The notes beneath the pieces are model-generated. The model did not search any database. It had not been told where the DNA came from and was given only the letters and a program-made list of their open reading frames with translations. Of a stretch of DNA of 45,894 nt, positions 9,778 to 21,080 are shown piece after piece. The number at the start of each line of letters is the position of its first letter. Position 1 is the stretch's first letter. Source of the DNA: an uncultured Gemmatimonadaceae bacterium (GTDB taxonomy: Bacteria > Gemmatimonadota > Gemmatimonadetes > Gemmatimonadales > GWC2-71-9); NCBI GenBank assembly GCA_964641815.1, contig CAZXKN010000109.1, forward strand, positions 1 through 45,894, in the 5' to 3' direction. The translations under genes were made by a program, and so were the position numbers.

Positions 9778-10347
9778 TCAGTTCGGCGCCACGCGCGCCG
9801 CGCTATCCAAGCGGGCGAGATCGGCGCGCGTGAGTGGCCAGAAGCGTCGTGCCGCTTCGCGCATCATGATCGGCATGCCATGGGGACCCACGATGCGCCA
9901 ACCGTAGGGACGGTGAATCACGACGAACGTGTCCGTTTGGGTCCTTACGTTCGGGGCGAACCCCCCCGGCCCCTGTACCAAGTCGCCCAGAAAGTGATAG
10001 GTGACTGCGAAGCGCGCCGTGTCAGCCCGGATGCCGAGTGAATCGATGGTGCTGGACGTGATCACCCGTGCCACATCAGCTCCCCCTTCGGCGCACTCCG
10101 TGGCGGATACCCAGAAAGTGTTGGAGCTGAGAAACTCCCCGCCGCCGTCGCGACGCACGTATTCCCGAACCAGCTTCCCCGGATCGGGGTGGGCGGGCGT
10201 TGTGTCCCTGCACAAGATGATCGGGGCCTGGGATGCGACGGAATCCGTTCGCGGCGCGCGGGAGTCACCCGTGGCGGTCTTTGATGTATCGTGCCCGCGA
10301 CAGGCGACAACGGCAATGAGAATGGTGAATGAGAGCTTGTGGCGCAC
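9778..10347 (-). CDS. hypothetical lipoprotein
   Basis: A GTG at 10347 gives VRHKLSFTILIAVVAC, a lipobox-like sequence. The track ORF start at 10464 runs through the tRNA-Ser gene, so I rejected it. Confidence 0.5.
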   Translation of the reverse strand: MRHKLSFTILIAVVACRGHDTSKTATGDSRAPRTDSVASQAPIILCRDTTPAHPDPGKLVREYVRRDGGGEFLSSNTFWVSATECAEGGADVARVITSSTIDSLGIRADTARFAVTYHFLGDLVQGPGGFAPNVRTQTDTFVVIHRPYGWRIVGPHGMPIMMREAARRFWPLTRADLARLDSAARVAPN

Positions 10348-10383
10348 GCACCCTCCGTGGCGCTGTGAACCGGCAGTGCTGCA

Positions 10384-10470
10384 CGGACAGGGTGGGATTC
10401 GAACCCACGGTACCCTTACGGGCACACCGGTTTTCGAGACCGGCCGTTTCAACCGCTCACGCACCTGTCC
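10384..10470 (-). tRNA. tRNA-Ser (anticodon CGA)
   Basis: Hand-folded cloverleaf: acceptor GGACAGG/CCTGTCC, anticodon stem CCGGT/ACCGG with loop CTCGAAA, a long variable arm, and T-arm GTGGG-TTCGAAT-CCCAC. CCA is not encoded. Confidence 0.9.
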
Positions 10471-10531
10471 TACTAGACGTCTAGACGTGTGGACGTCTAG
10501 ACGTGTGGTAGACGGCTAGACGGCCGGGGAA
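10471..10531. repeat. tandem and palindromic short repeats in the spacer between the two tRNA-Ser genes
   Basis: ACGTCTAGACGTGTGG occurs twice in tandem (10477-10492 and 10493-10508), and its first 12 nt are a perfect palindrome. It is followed by TAGACGG-C-TAGACGG. Confidence 0.7.
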
Positions 10532-10618
10532 CGGACAGGGTGGGATTCGAACCCACGAAACGGTTACCCGTTTACACGCTCTCCAGGCGTGTGCCTTCAG
10601 CCGCTCGGCCACCTGTCC
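10532..10618 (-). tRNA. tRNA-Ser (anticodon GGA)
   Basis: Same acceptor and T-arm as the neighbouring tRNA. Anticodon stem CACGC/GCGTG with loop CTGGAGA, and a long variable arm. Confidence 0.9.
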
Positions 10619-10771
10619 CGGCACGGCGATAAATAAGCGCGCCATGGGGGGTTGCGCCACCCGGACGCGCTGCCGTGAACCTTCTGACCCCGTTGGTGCG
10701 TACCACACACAGCCTTCACCGGCGCTTCACTCGTCGCCGGCTATTCATTCCGGGGAATGCGAGGAGGAGTC

Positions 10772-11026
10772 ATGGACAATCTGCCCACCAAGACCCAGTC
10801 GTCCACGCCGACGGAAGTGGACACCATCCCCACCTGGCGCGACCTGGGGGAGCGATTCCGCGACGTGATGAAAGACATCGGCGCGGAAATCAGTCAGACA
10901 TGGAAAAAAGAAGGCAAGGACTTCGAAAAAGATCTCCAGGCGCGGCTCCTGCCGGCGCTCAACCGCGCCAAGCTGGAGATCGAAAAGCTGATCCGGAAGC
11001 TCGAGGAGCGGAACAAGAAGCCCTGA
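10772..11026 (+). CDS. small hypothetical protein (84 aa, helical, Lys/Glu-rich C-terminus)
   Basis: GGAGGAG lies 4 nt upstream of the ATG at 10772, and third-codon positions are GC-rich. It is the only plus-strand gene between 7.7 and 45.6 kb. I recognise no family. Confidence 0.5.
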   Translation: MDNLPTKTQSSTPTEVDTIPTWRDLGERFRDVMKDIGAEISQTWKKEGKDFEKDLQARLLPALNRAKLEIEKLIRKLEERNKKP

Positions 11027-12238
11027 TCAGGGCTCGAGCGGCTGGAAACGCGCCGTGAAGTGCCGCAGCCACGGCGCCTGCTCCACGATGCGATAGCCTC
11101 GGAGCTGTTGCTTGCGCTCCGCGACGAGCGCGATCACCTCCCCCACGTAGTCGATGTGACTCTGGGTGTAGGTGCGGCGCGGGATCGCCAGCCGTACGAG
11201 CTCCATCGCGGCCGGCGTTTCCGTGCCGTCGGCGGCGCGCTTCCCGAACATCACGGAGCCGATCTCCACGCCGCGCACGCCCCCCGCCCGGTATAGCGCG
11301 ACGCACAGCGACTGCGCCGGGTACGCGGACGGCGGGATATGCGGCAGCAGCGCGCGGGCATCGAGGTACACGGCGTGACCGCCGGGCGGTTGGACGACCG
11401 GGACGCCCGCCGCCTCCGCCCGCTCCGCGAGGTACGCCGTGGAGCGCAGACGATAGCGCAGGTACTCCTCGTCGAGCACTTCCTCGAGGCCGGTCGCCAC
11501 CGCCTCGAGATCGTAGCCGGCGAGCCCGCCGTAGGTCGGGAACCCTTCCGTGAGCACCAGGAGATTGCGGCAACGGGCGGCGACGTCGGGATCGTTCATC
11601 GCGAGAAAGCCGCCGATGTTGGCCAGCCCGTCCTTCTTCGCCGACATCGTGCACCCGTCCGCCTGCTGAAAGATCTCGCGCGCGATCCGGGCCACCGACC
11701 AGTCGGCGTACCCCGCCTCCCGCAATTTGATGAAATAGGCGTTCTCGGCGAAGCGGCAGGCGTCGAGATAGAGCGGCAGGTGGTGGCGATCGCACAGCGC
11801 GCGCACCGCCTTGAGGTTCTCGAGGCTGACGGGTTGGCCACCGCCGGAGTTGTTGGTGACGGTGACCATGACGAACGGAACGCGCCGCACGCCGACCTGG
11901 TCGATCGCACGCTCCAGGGCCGCGATGTCCATGTTGCCCTTGAAGGGGTGGCGGTTCGCAGGCTCCCGCCCCGCGGGGATGACCAGATCGAGCGCTTCGG
12001 CGCCGCAGTATTCGATGTTGGCGCGCGTCGTGTCGAAGTGCGTGTTGTTGGGGACGACCTGCCCCGGCTGCACGAGCGTCGCGAACAGGATGCGCTCGGC
12101 GGCGCGCCCCTGGTGGGTTGGGATGACCTCGGTCAGCCCGGTGAGGTCGCGCACCACGGTCTGGAACCGGTAAAAGCTCTTGCTGCCTGCGTACGACTCG
12201 TCGCCGTCCATCATCGCCGCCCACTGGCGCGAGGACAT
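11027..12238 (-). CDS. tnaA: tryptophanase / beta-eliminating lyase. The minimal ORF runs from the first ATG, but homology continues upstream to about 12409.
   Basis: PLP-lysine motif SAKKDGLANIGGFL, plus THFDTTRANIE and NNSGGGQPVS. Upstream and in frame, FKTIIEPFRIH...DLLTDSGTGA matches the conserved TnaA N-terminus but has no ATG, GTG or TTG (see finding). Confidence 0.85.
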   Translation of the reverse strand: MSSRQWAAMMDGDESYAGSKSFYRFQTVVRDLTGLTEVIPTHQGRAAERILFATLVQPGQVVPNNTHFDTTRANIEYCGAEALDLVIPAGREPANRHPFKGNMDIAALERAIDQVGVRRVPFVMVTVTNNSGGGQPVSLENLKAVRALCDRHHLPLYLDACRFAENAYFIKLREAGYADWSVARIAREIFQQADGCTMSAKKDGLANIGGFLAMNDPDVAARCRNLLVLTEGFPTYGGLAGYDLEAVATGLEEVLDEEYLRYRLRSTAYLAERAEAAGVPVVQPPGGHAVYLDARALLPHIPPSAYPAQSLCVALYRAGGVRGVEIGSVMFGKRAADGTETPAAMELVRLAIPRRTYTQSHIDYVGEVIALVAERKQQLRGYRIVEQAPWLRHFTARFQPLEP

Positions 12239-12438
12239 CGCTCCAGTTCCCGAGTCCGTGAGGAGGTCGATCAGGACGTCGTCGGCGTGCAGTCCGAAGA
12301 GGTTGTAGCCCGCGTGCCGGAGCGCAGTCTCCCGCTCCGCGGGGGTGATCGACCGGATTGCCTGCGTCGCGTGGATCCGGAACGGCTCGATGATCGTCTT
12401 GAAGGAAACAGGCGCCTCCGGCTCGTGGCGCCTCCAAC

Positions 12439-15554
<3,116 letters not shown>

Positions 15555-15622
15555 GGCAGTGGGGCCCTTGGCAAGCGATGTACCGACAAAAGGTGCCGTT
15601 GTGGCGGGAAAATACGTCAAAA

Positions 15623-15739
15623 ACGTATGGAAGAGGCGTATGGTGTGACTGCGTACGGAACGGGCGTAAAAAAACGCAGGGAGGTCGGCCGCCTACGCCT
15701 CCTCCCTACGCTTTCTCACCATACGCCTTTTCCGTACGT
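15623..15739. promoter_or_regulatory. structured inverted-repeat element with repeated CGTA(T/C)GG motifs between the T9SS-domain gene and clpB
   Basis: The 23-nt arms at 15623-15645 and 15717-15739 are complementary at 21 of 23 positions. The 2 non-Watson-Crick positions are G-T pairs on the plus strand. The arms enclose further nested stems. Confidence 0.45.
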
Positions 15740-15749
15740 CTTTCAGCCG

Positions 15750-16202
15750 TCACTTCATGATAATCATCTTCTTCGTGAACCTCTGCCCATCCACGACGAG
15801 CTGATAGATGTAAATCCCGCTCGCCGCCTGCTGTCCGGTGCTCACACCCGGCGAACTCTGGGTGTTTCCATCCCAGTACGCGCTGAAATCACAACTCGTC
15901 ACACTTGCGCACGACAACTCCACGTTGTCGAGCACTGCGCCCGTGCCCTGGAGAATCGGCACGGCGACGAGCTGCGCCAACACGTTGTAAATCTTCAGCG
16001 AAACTCTCGGCCGGTGACCATTCGCAAACAATTCCGCCGACAGCGTAAACGGAATCGTGGTCGCCGGATTAAAGGGGTTCGGGTAATTCTGCTTCAACGA
16101 CACCGCGGCAGCCGAAGCGGTTCCTTGACCCGACACGGGTCGCGCTCCGTTTCCGACTGCCAACAGCCCGAGCCCCAACACCGCCCAGGCGTACCGCCGC
16201 AT
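15750..16202 (-). CDS. small secreted protein made only of a signal peptide plus a T9SS type-A (Por) C-terminal sorting / FlgD-Ig-like domain
   Basis: [17 protein letters not shown] ... [21 protein letters not shown] is the typical sorting-domain pattern. GAAGGAG lies 6 nt upstream of the ATG. Confidence 0.6.
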   Translation of the reverse strand: MRRYAWAVLGLGLLAVGNGARPVSGQGTASAAAVSLKQNYPNPFNPATTIPFTLSAELFANGHRPRVSLKIYNVLAQLVAVPILQGTGAVLDNVELSCASVTSCDFSAYWDGNTQSSPGVSTGQQAASGIYIYQLVVDGQRFTKKMIIMK

Positions 16203-16257
16203 CCACCGCTCCTTCAGTCTGACGTAAAAGGACCTTGTGACCCATCTCCTTAGTTTC

Positions 16258-16299
16258 GGGGACCTTACAATTGCAGCTGCACTTGGAACCTAGGTCCCC
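16258..16299 (-). terminator. long imperfect hairpin overlapping the selB stop codon (candidate terminator, no U-tract)
   Basis: GGGGACCT (16258-16265) pairs with AGGTCCCC (16292-16299). The inner near-palindrome is CAAGTGCAG/CTGCAATTG. Confidence 0.35.
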
Positions 16300-18203
16300 G
16301 GGCTGCGACCTGTCAAGCGAGCCAATACCCTGCTGTCGCCCTTCCGCTCCGTCACGCCGCGTCGATCCGCCCACTCGAGCAGCGGGATCAAATACTTGCG
16401 CGTCAGCGCGAATCGCTCGCGCAAATCCGCCGGCGTCGCGGAACCCATCTCGCCGAGCACCGTCTCGAGCTGGTTGTGGAACTCGGCCAGTGCCGCCGGC
16501 GCCGCATACCGCTCCTGATCCACCTGCTCGATCGTGCCGTCCCGCACCAGATGCGCGAGCAAGGCGCGCACCGCGGCGCCGGAAAACTCCTTTTCCAGCT
16601 CCGCCACTGTCGGCAGTTGCCACCGCGACCCGACGATGCGCTGGGCGATCGCGCTGCGAGCGTCGCTTGCCCCGCGGTCGAGCGACGGTGCCCAACCGGC
16701 TCGGCGCGCCACCCCGCCCGCCACCTCCAGCAGCTGCTTGCGCGCGCCGAGATCGAGGACCAGATCCGTTACCGCGTCGGGGATCTTCCGGCCCCGTTCC
16801 GTGCCCTGGATCGTCGCCCGCAACGCTTGCAGCGACATCCCAGGGTCGAGGGGGTGTGCGTCATGGTACGCCCCCAGAATCCCGGCCAATCGCTCTGCTG
16901 CGGCAGCCACTGCGGACCTGGAAACCAGCAAGCCACTTGAGCTTAGAGTCGCCTTGCCGAGTGCCGCAATGACGCGGCTCACATCTCCTGGGAGGACGCC
17001 GAGGCGCACTGGAAGGTCGCCTTCGGGGACCCCGAAAAGACCCGCTTCTAGGACCCAGGCCGACAACCTGTCAGCAGAATCCTGCCCCGCCACAAGCTTG
17101 CGGTCCCCGAGACGGGGCAGCCGTCCGGGGGTCGGATCGAGCACGATCCCCCCGCCGATCGTGGTCACCGGCGAGTAGCTCCGCAACACGAAGCGATCGC
17201 CGCCCCGCGCCACCACCGGCCCTTCGAGCACCAGGCGCACCTGGCCCCGCTCCCCCGGAGCGATCACCTCGTGCTGCGACGTGCGAGCCAGCACTTCGGC
17301 CGTCCCCAGGTGGACACGCACCCGCGTCCGCACCTGCATCTGGCGTTTGGCACCGGGCAAGAGAGTGATCGCGGCATCGATCAGCCGCGTCGAGCGCCAG
17401 CCATCGCCCGTGACTGCGACGTGCCCCCGCTCCAGGTCCTGCTTGTCCACTCCCACGAGCGCCAGCGCCGTCCGCGACCCGGGTACCGCGCGCTCGGCCG
17501 CCTGTCCGTGCACCTCGATCGAGCGCACCCGGGCGTCGCGCTGCAACGGCAAGAGGTGCACCGAGTCCCCGACCGCCGCCACACCGCTCCACGTCGACCC
17601 CGTCACGACCGTCCCGGCCCCGGGGAGGGCGAAAACCCGGTCGATCGGCAGCCGGAAATAGTCCGCCTGGGGACGCTCCACGAGATCGGCGGCGAGCCGG
17701 CGCAGGGCTTCGCGCAGTGCGTCGAGCCCCACCCCCGTCACGCTCGACGTAGCCACGGCTGCATCCCAGCGCACCGGACTCGCAGCCAGCCGCGCCACCA
17801 CCTCCGCGGTCACGAGCTCGAGCCAGTCGTCGTCCACGAGATCGCGTTTGGTGATCACGGGGATGCCGCGCTGCACGCCCAACAGCTCGACGATGGCAAG
17901 GTGTTCCTCTGTCTGCGGCATGATCCCTTCGTCGGCGGCGATCACCAGCAGGGCAGCGTCGATCCCCGTGGCGCCGGCGAGCATGTTGCGCACGAACCCT
18001 TCGTGGCCCGGAACGTCGACGATACTGGCGTCGACATCCCCGCTGAGCGCGAGCGGCGCGAACCCGAGATCGATCGTGATGCCGCGACGCTTTTCTTCCT
18101 CCCAGCGGTCGGTGTCGACCCCCGTGAGCGCCTTCACGAGGGCGGTCTTGCCGTGATCGATGTGGCCTGCGGTGCCGATTACGAAGCGGCGGACGGCACC
18201 CAC
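16290..18203 (-). CDS. selB: selenocysteine-specific translation elongation factor
   Basis: The N-terminus [41 protein letters not shown] parallels E. coli SelB, and there is a long C-terminal winged-helix region. The GTG at 18203 overlaps the recO 3' end by 25 nt. The track start at 18551 is a false extension through recO. Confidence 0.9.
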   Translation of the reverse strand: MGAVRRFVIGTAGHIDHGKTALVKALTGVDTDRWEEEKRRGITIDLGFAPLALSGDVDASIVDVPGHEGFVRNMLAGATGIDAALLVIAADEGIMPQTEEHLAIVELLGVQRGIPVITKRDLVDDDWLELVTAEVVARLAASPVRWDAAVATSSVTGVGLDALREALRRLAADLVERPQADYFRLPIDRVFALPGAGTVVTGSTWSGVAAVGDSVHLLPLQRDARVRSIEVHGQAAERAVPGSRTALALVGVDKQDLERGHVAVTGDGWRSTRLIDAAITLLPGAKRQMQVRTRVRVHLGTAEVLARTSQHEVIAPGERGQVRLVLEGPVVARGGDRFVLRSYSPVTTIGGGIVLDPTPGRLPRLGDRKLVAGQDSADRLSAWVLEAGLFGVPEGDLPVRLGVLPGDVSRVIAALGKATLSSSGLLVSRSAVAAAAERLAGILGAYHDAHPLDPGMSLQALRATIQGTERGRKIPDAVTDLVLDLGARKQLLEVAGGVARRAGWAPSLDRGASDARSAIAQRIVGSRWQLPTVAELEKEFSGAAVRALLAHLVRDGTIEQVDQERYAAPAALAEFHNQLETVLGEMGSATPADLRERFALTRKYLIPLLEWADRRGVTERKGDSRVLARLTGRSPGT

Positions 18204-18970
18204 GCGCGGCGCTCCCAGAACTCGAGAGCCGGCAGATTCACGCTCCCCGAGTGATCGGTGTGGTGGCGGATGAAGCGGGCTGCGAGCCGCCGGTGCGCCG
18301 CAGCGTGCGGCAGGTCGAGCTGTGGCAAGGGCGCCTGAGGGTCGAGCAGGGCGCAGAGATCGCGCCACGCCAGCAGCGGGAGGCGCGTGAGCGAAACGGC
18401 GGGGTGACCGGCGAGGCAGCTCTCGCACAGCACGCCGCCTTCGGCGGTGCTGAAGGCCACCGGCGCAGCGGCATCGCTGCCGACTGCTCCGCCGTCGCGC
18501 ACGCATTGCAGCAGCGCCGGCTCGAAACCGAGCACGCCGAGCAGCGCCCATACCACGCGCAGCCCGGTGCTGTCGACGTTCCGGGCGGGCGCGTCGATCA
18601 GGGCGTCGAGCCCTCCGGTGAGGGCATCGTATGCCTGCGGCAGCGGCGCCGGTGGCGCCAGGCGAACCATGAGCTCGGCGAGCGCCGCCGCGGCGGCGAA
18701 GCGGGCCAGGTCGGTCGCCAGCTCGCGCCGCAGCCGCTCGACGTCGAAGGCTGCCAGAGTCTGCAGCTCGCGGTTGTCGCGGTGGTACAGCTGGGCCGAT
18801 CCCTCACTCAACAACTCGAGCCCAGCCCCGAAGCGGCTCTTGGGACGCAGCGCGCCCTTGGCGATGGCGCTCTGGACGCCCAGGTCGCGGGTCGCGAGGC
18901 GCACGATTTTCGACGTCTCGCTGTAGCGGTAGGTGCGCAACACCACTGCCGCCGTCGTGACCAGAGCCAT
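18179..18970 (-). CDS. recO: DNA repair protein RecO
   Basis: The N-terminal OB-fold motif AVVLRTYRYSETSKIVRLATRDLG and a Cys-containing C-terminal region are typical of RecO. Confidence 0.88.
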   Translation of the reverse strand: MALVTTAAVVLRTYRYSETSKIVRLATRDLGVQSAIAKGALRPKSRFGAGLELLSEGSAQLYHRDNRELQTLAAFDVERLRRELATDLARFAAAAALAELMVRLAPPAPLPQAYDALTGGLDALIDAPARNVDSTGLRVVWALLGVLGFEPALLQCVRDGGAVGSDAAAPVAFSTAEGGVLCESCLAGHPAVSLTRLPLLAWRDLCALLDPQAPLPQLDLPHAAAHRRLAARFIRHHTDHSGSVNLPALEFWERRAWVPSAAS

Positions 18971-19029
18971 GTTGGAAACTTAAGCAAACAGCTCGGGCGG
19001 ACGCCTGGAGTGGGGCCCGGAAAGGCGCC

Positions 19030-19076
19030 GTCGGCCAACGGCTGTCGGCTTTTTGGCCTGGCCGATGGCCGACAAC
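19030..19076. repeat. REP-like GC-rich hairpin just downstream of a stop codon (copy A)
   Basis: It contains GGCTGTCGGC (19040-19049) and GCCGATGGCCGA (19061-19072), both identical to motifs in copy B at 26008 and 26053. Possible stems are GTCGGCCA/TGGCCGAC and GCTGTCGGC/GCCGACAAC. Confidence 0.5.
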
Positions 19077-19084
19077 CGATAGCG

Positions 19085-21052
19085 CTAAGGGGCGCGGTCG
19101 ATCACCAGGTACTTGGAGTCGTCTTTGGAAACGGCGTCGAGCCAGGAGAGCAGGTCGCCGATCTTGTCGGGGGGCAGGACGCCGCGCATCCCGGTCAGGC
19201 GCCGCATCACGTGCACCACCTGCCCCTCCTGCGAGTATTGCGATTCGTAGCGCCCGAAGGCACTCGCTGCGGTGACCGGGGCGGGCAGCCGGGCGTGCCA
19301 ACCAGCAGGAAGCGTGAGCGTCAGGTCTTCTTCGTCCACACCACCGCCACTCACCGCAGGGGCACTGATCGGAAACTTGCGCGGTCCGCGGGAGCGCAGG
19401 TCATCGGAGATTCCGTGCAGGTCGTAGGTGCGCATCGGCAGCGTCAGGATCTCCGACGAGCCCGCAAGGGTCGCGGCGTGGCCGTTGTGGATCGCCACCG
19501 CCAGGCGCGGCACCGCCTGCAGGTCGCGCCCGTCGAAGATCTGCAAGCTGTCTCCCGTGCCGCCGGGGAACAGTGAGTTGGCGATGCTGCGCGCGATGCG
19601 GCCACGCCGCATCGAGTCGATCGGCGCCGAGAAGTTGTTCCGCATCGAGTACTGCCGGTCACCCGTCACGGTCTCCAGCAGCGAGCCGTTGAAGATCCCC
19701 GCCGTGTCGAGCATCCCCACGAGCGTTGCCACGTTGCGATTGGCCCCGATCGAGTCCTCCGGCAGCGACACGGGCTCGCCGTGGCCATCGGGGTGCACCA
19801 CCAGTGCGAAGCTCCCCTGCTCCGGGCCTGGCAGCAGGCCGAAGGGGACGAGATCGGCCGTCAGGTCGACGTACTGGTACGTCTTGCTGCCACGCCGCGC
19901 GATCGCCGCGATCATGTGGTCGAACTGCCCCACCGACGGCAGCGTGCTGTCGGCGGATCCGCTGGAGCTCAAGAGCACGGGATACGCCGTGACGCCGAGC
20001 CGGCCGAGCAACGCGATGAACAGCGTCGCCTTGTCCTTGCAGTCGCCGTACGCCGTCTGGAAAACGTCGCCGGGCGGGCGCGGCTGGTAGCCTCCCAATC
20101 CCAGCGAGAGCGACACGTAGCGGATGTCCTGCGCCACGAAGCGGTGTACCGCCTTGATCGAGTCGGTCAAAGTCTTCGACCCGGCGACCACCTGGCCCAG
20201 TTTGGTGGCGAGCGCCGGCGTCACGGTGGTCCGGTCCTTGGCGAGTCCCGCATACCAACGGGCGACATCCGCCCACGTCACCGCCCCTGCCACGTCGATG
20301 CCGGCGTAGACGGTGTCGGGCTCTCCCGCGAACGGCTCCCGCTCGACGCGCGGCACGTCCTGCGCCGCCCAGACGTACACCTTGCGGCCGCCCGCCTCGG
20401 TGACCGTGGGGCGGAAGTGCAGGTTGCGCTCCTGGATGCGTGGCGCGAGCGACGCCGGGATGTCGAGCAGCAGACGCGAACGCCGCGTGCGCCGGCCGGT
20501 GTGGACCGACCAGCCGGAGTAGAAGTCGCCCGTCATAGGCGGCTGGAAGCGGTCGACGGTGTAGCTGTAATCGACGATCGTCCCGGGCGCCACGCCGGCG
20601 AGGGTGATGCGCACGACTTTGCTGTTGGAATACACCGGCGCCTCGAGCGCCACCGGGGCGAGCGACTCCTGCTGATGACTGGGCCCGTCCGAGATCACCG
20701 TACCGTCGGGCTTCAAGACGCGCACCCAGTTGACCCGCAGGCTTTCCCGGCTCGCATCGTAGCTGAACGACTGCTCCGCCCAGCCTTCCACCGCGTCCTG
20801 GGACAGGACCTGCACGATCTGGCGATAGGTGCGGCTGATGCGCCCGTCCGCCTGCACGCGGACGACGCCGTCATCGAGCAGGTAGATGTAGGGATCGTCC
20901 GGCTGCTGCGCGGAATCGACGGCGAGACGGTAGATCGTGTCGCTCTTGACCGACGGATCGCCCGCCGGGGTAATCAGCGGCGCCTGGGCGGGCAGCGCCG
21001 TTGCGCCGGCGATGCCCAGCACGAGCCAGAGTCCCATCGATGATGCCCGCAT
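19085..21052 (-). CDS. DUF3857 plus transglutaminase-like domain protein (secreted)
   Basis: Signal peptide MRASSMGLWLVLGIAGATALPAQA and a transglutaminase core YGDCKDKATLFIALL. I prefer the ATG at 21052. Confidence 0.7.
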   Translation of the reverse strand: MRASSMGLWLVLGIAGATALPAQAPLITPAGDPSVKSDTIYRLAVDSAQQPDDPYIYLLDDGVVRVQADGRISRTYRQIVQVLSQDAVEGWAEQSFSYDASRESLRVNWVRVLKPDGTVISDGPSHQQESLAPVALEAPVYSNSKVVRITLAGVAPGTIVDYSYTVDRFQPPMTGDFYSGWSVHTGRRTRRSRLLLDIPASLAPRIQERNLHFRPTVTEAGGRKVYVWAAQDVPRVEREPFAGEPDTVYAGIDVAGAVTWADVARWYAGLAKDRTTVTPALATKLGQVVAGSKTLTDSIKAVHRFVAQDIRYVSLSLGLGGYQPRPPGDVFQTAYGDCKDKATLFIALLGRLGVTAYPVLLSSSGSADSTLPSVGQFDHMIAAIARRGSKTYQYVDLTADLVPFGLLPGPEQGSFALVVHPDGHGEPVSLPEDSIGANRNVATLVGMLDTAGIFNGSLLETVTGDRQYSMRNNFSAPIDSMRRGRIARSIANSLFPGGTGDSLQIFDGRDLQAVPRLAVAIHNGHAATLAGSSEILTLPMRTYDLHGISDDLRSRGPRKFPISAPAVSGGGVDEEDLTLTLPAGWHARLPAPVTAASAFGRYESQYSQEGQVVHVMRRLTGMRGVLPPDKIGDLLSWLDAVSKDDSKYLVIDRAP

Positions 21053-21080
21053 CTCGTATCCTCGCCGACGTGAAGGATGC

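Noticed and set aside
7141-10383. Genomic island integrated at tRNA-Ser.
   Set aside because: There is no integrase, transposase or phage gene. I saw no direct repeat of the tRNA 3' end, and no obvious compositional break by eye.
10471-10531. CRISPR-like appearance of the short direct repeats.
   Set aside because: There are only two adjacent 16-nt copies with no spacers, and no cas genes. This is a simple tandem or palindromic repeat.
10384-10618. Possibility that one of the long-variable-arm tRNAs is tRNA-Sec, given selB in the window.
   Set aside because: The anticodons are CGA and GGA, not TCA. The acceptor stems are the standard 7 bp. Both are ordinary tRNA-Ser.
15555-15625. Sigma-32, CIRCE or sigma-70 promoter elements directly upstream of clpB. 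A TTGACG hexamer is present on the minus strand near 15615.
   Set aside because: No matching -10 element sits at a proper spacing, and there is no CIRCE inverted repeat. A promoter cannot be called from sequence alone.
16203-16260. Short ORF starting at an ATG right after AAGGAG upstream of the T9SS-domain gene. It is part of the track ORF 16069-16695.
   Set aside because: The SD abuts the ATG with no spacer. The frame is a GC shadow overlapping the better-supported gene that starts at 16202.
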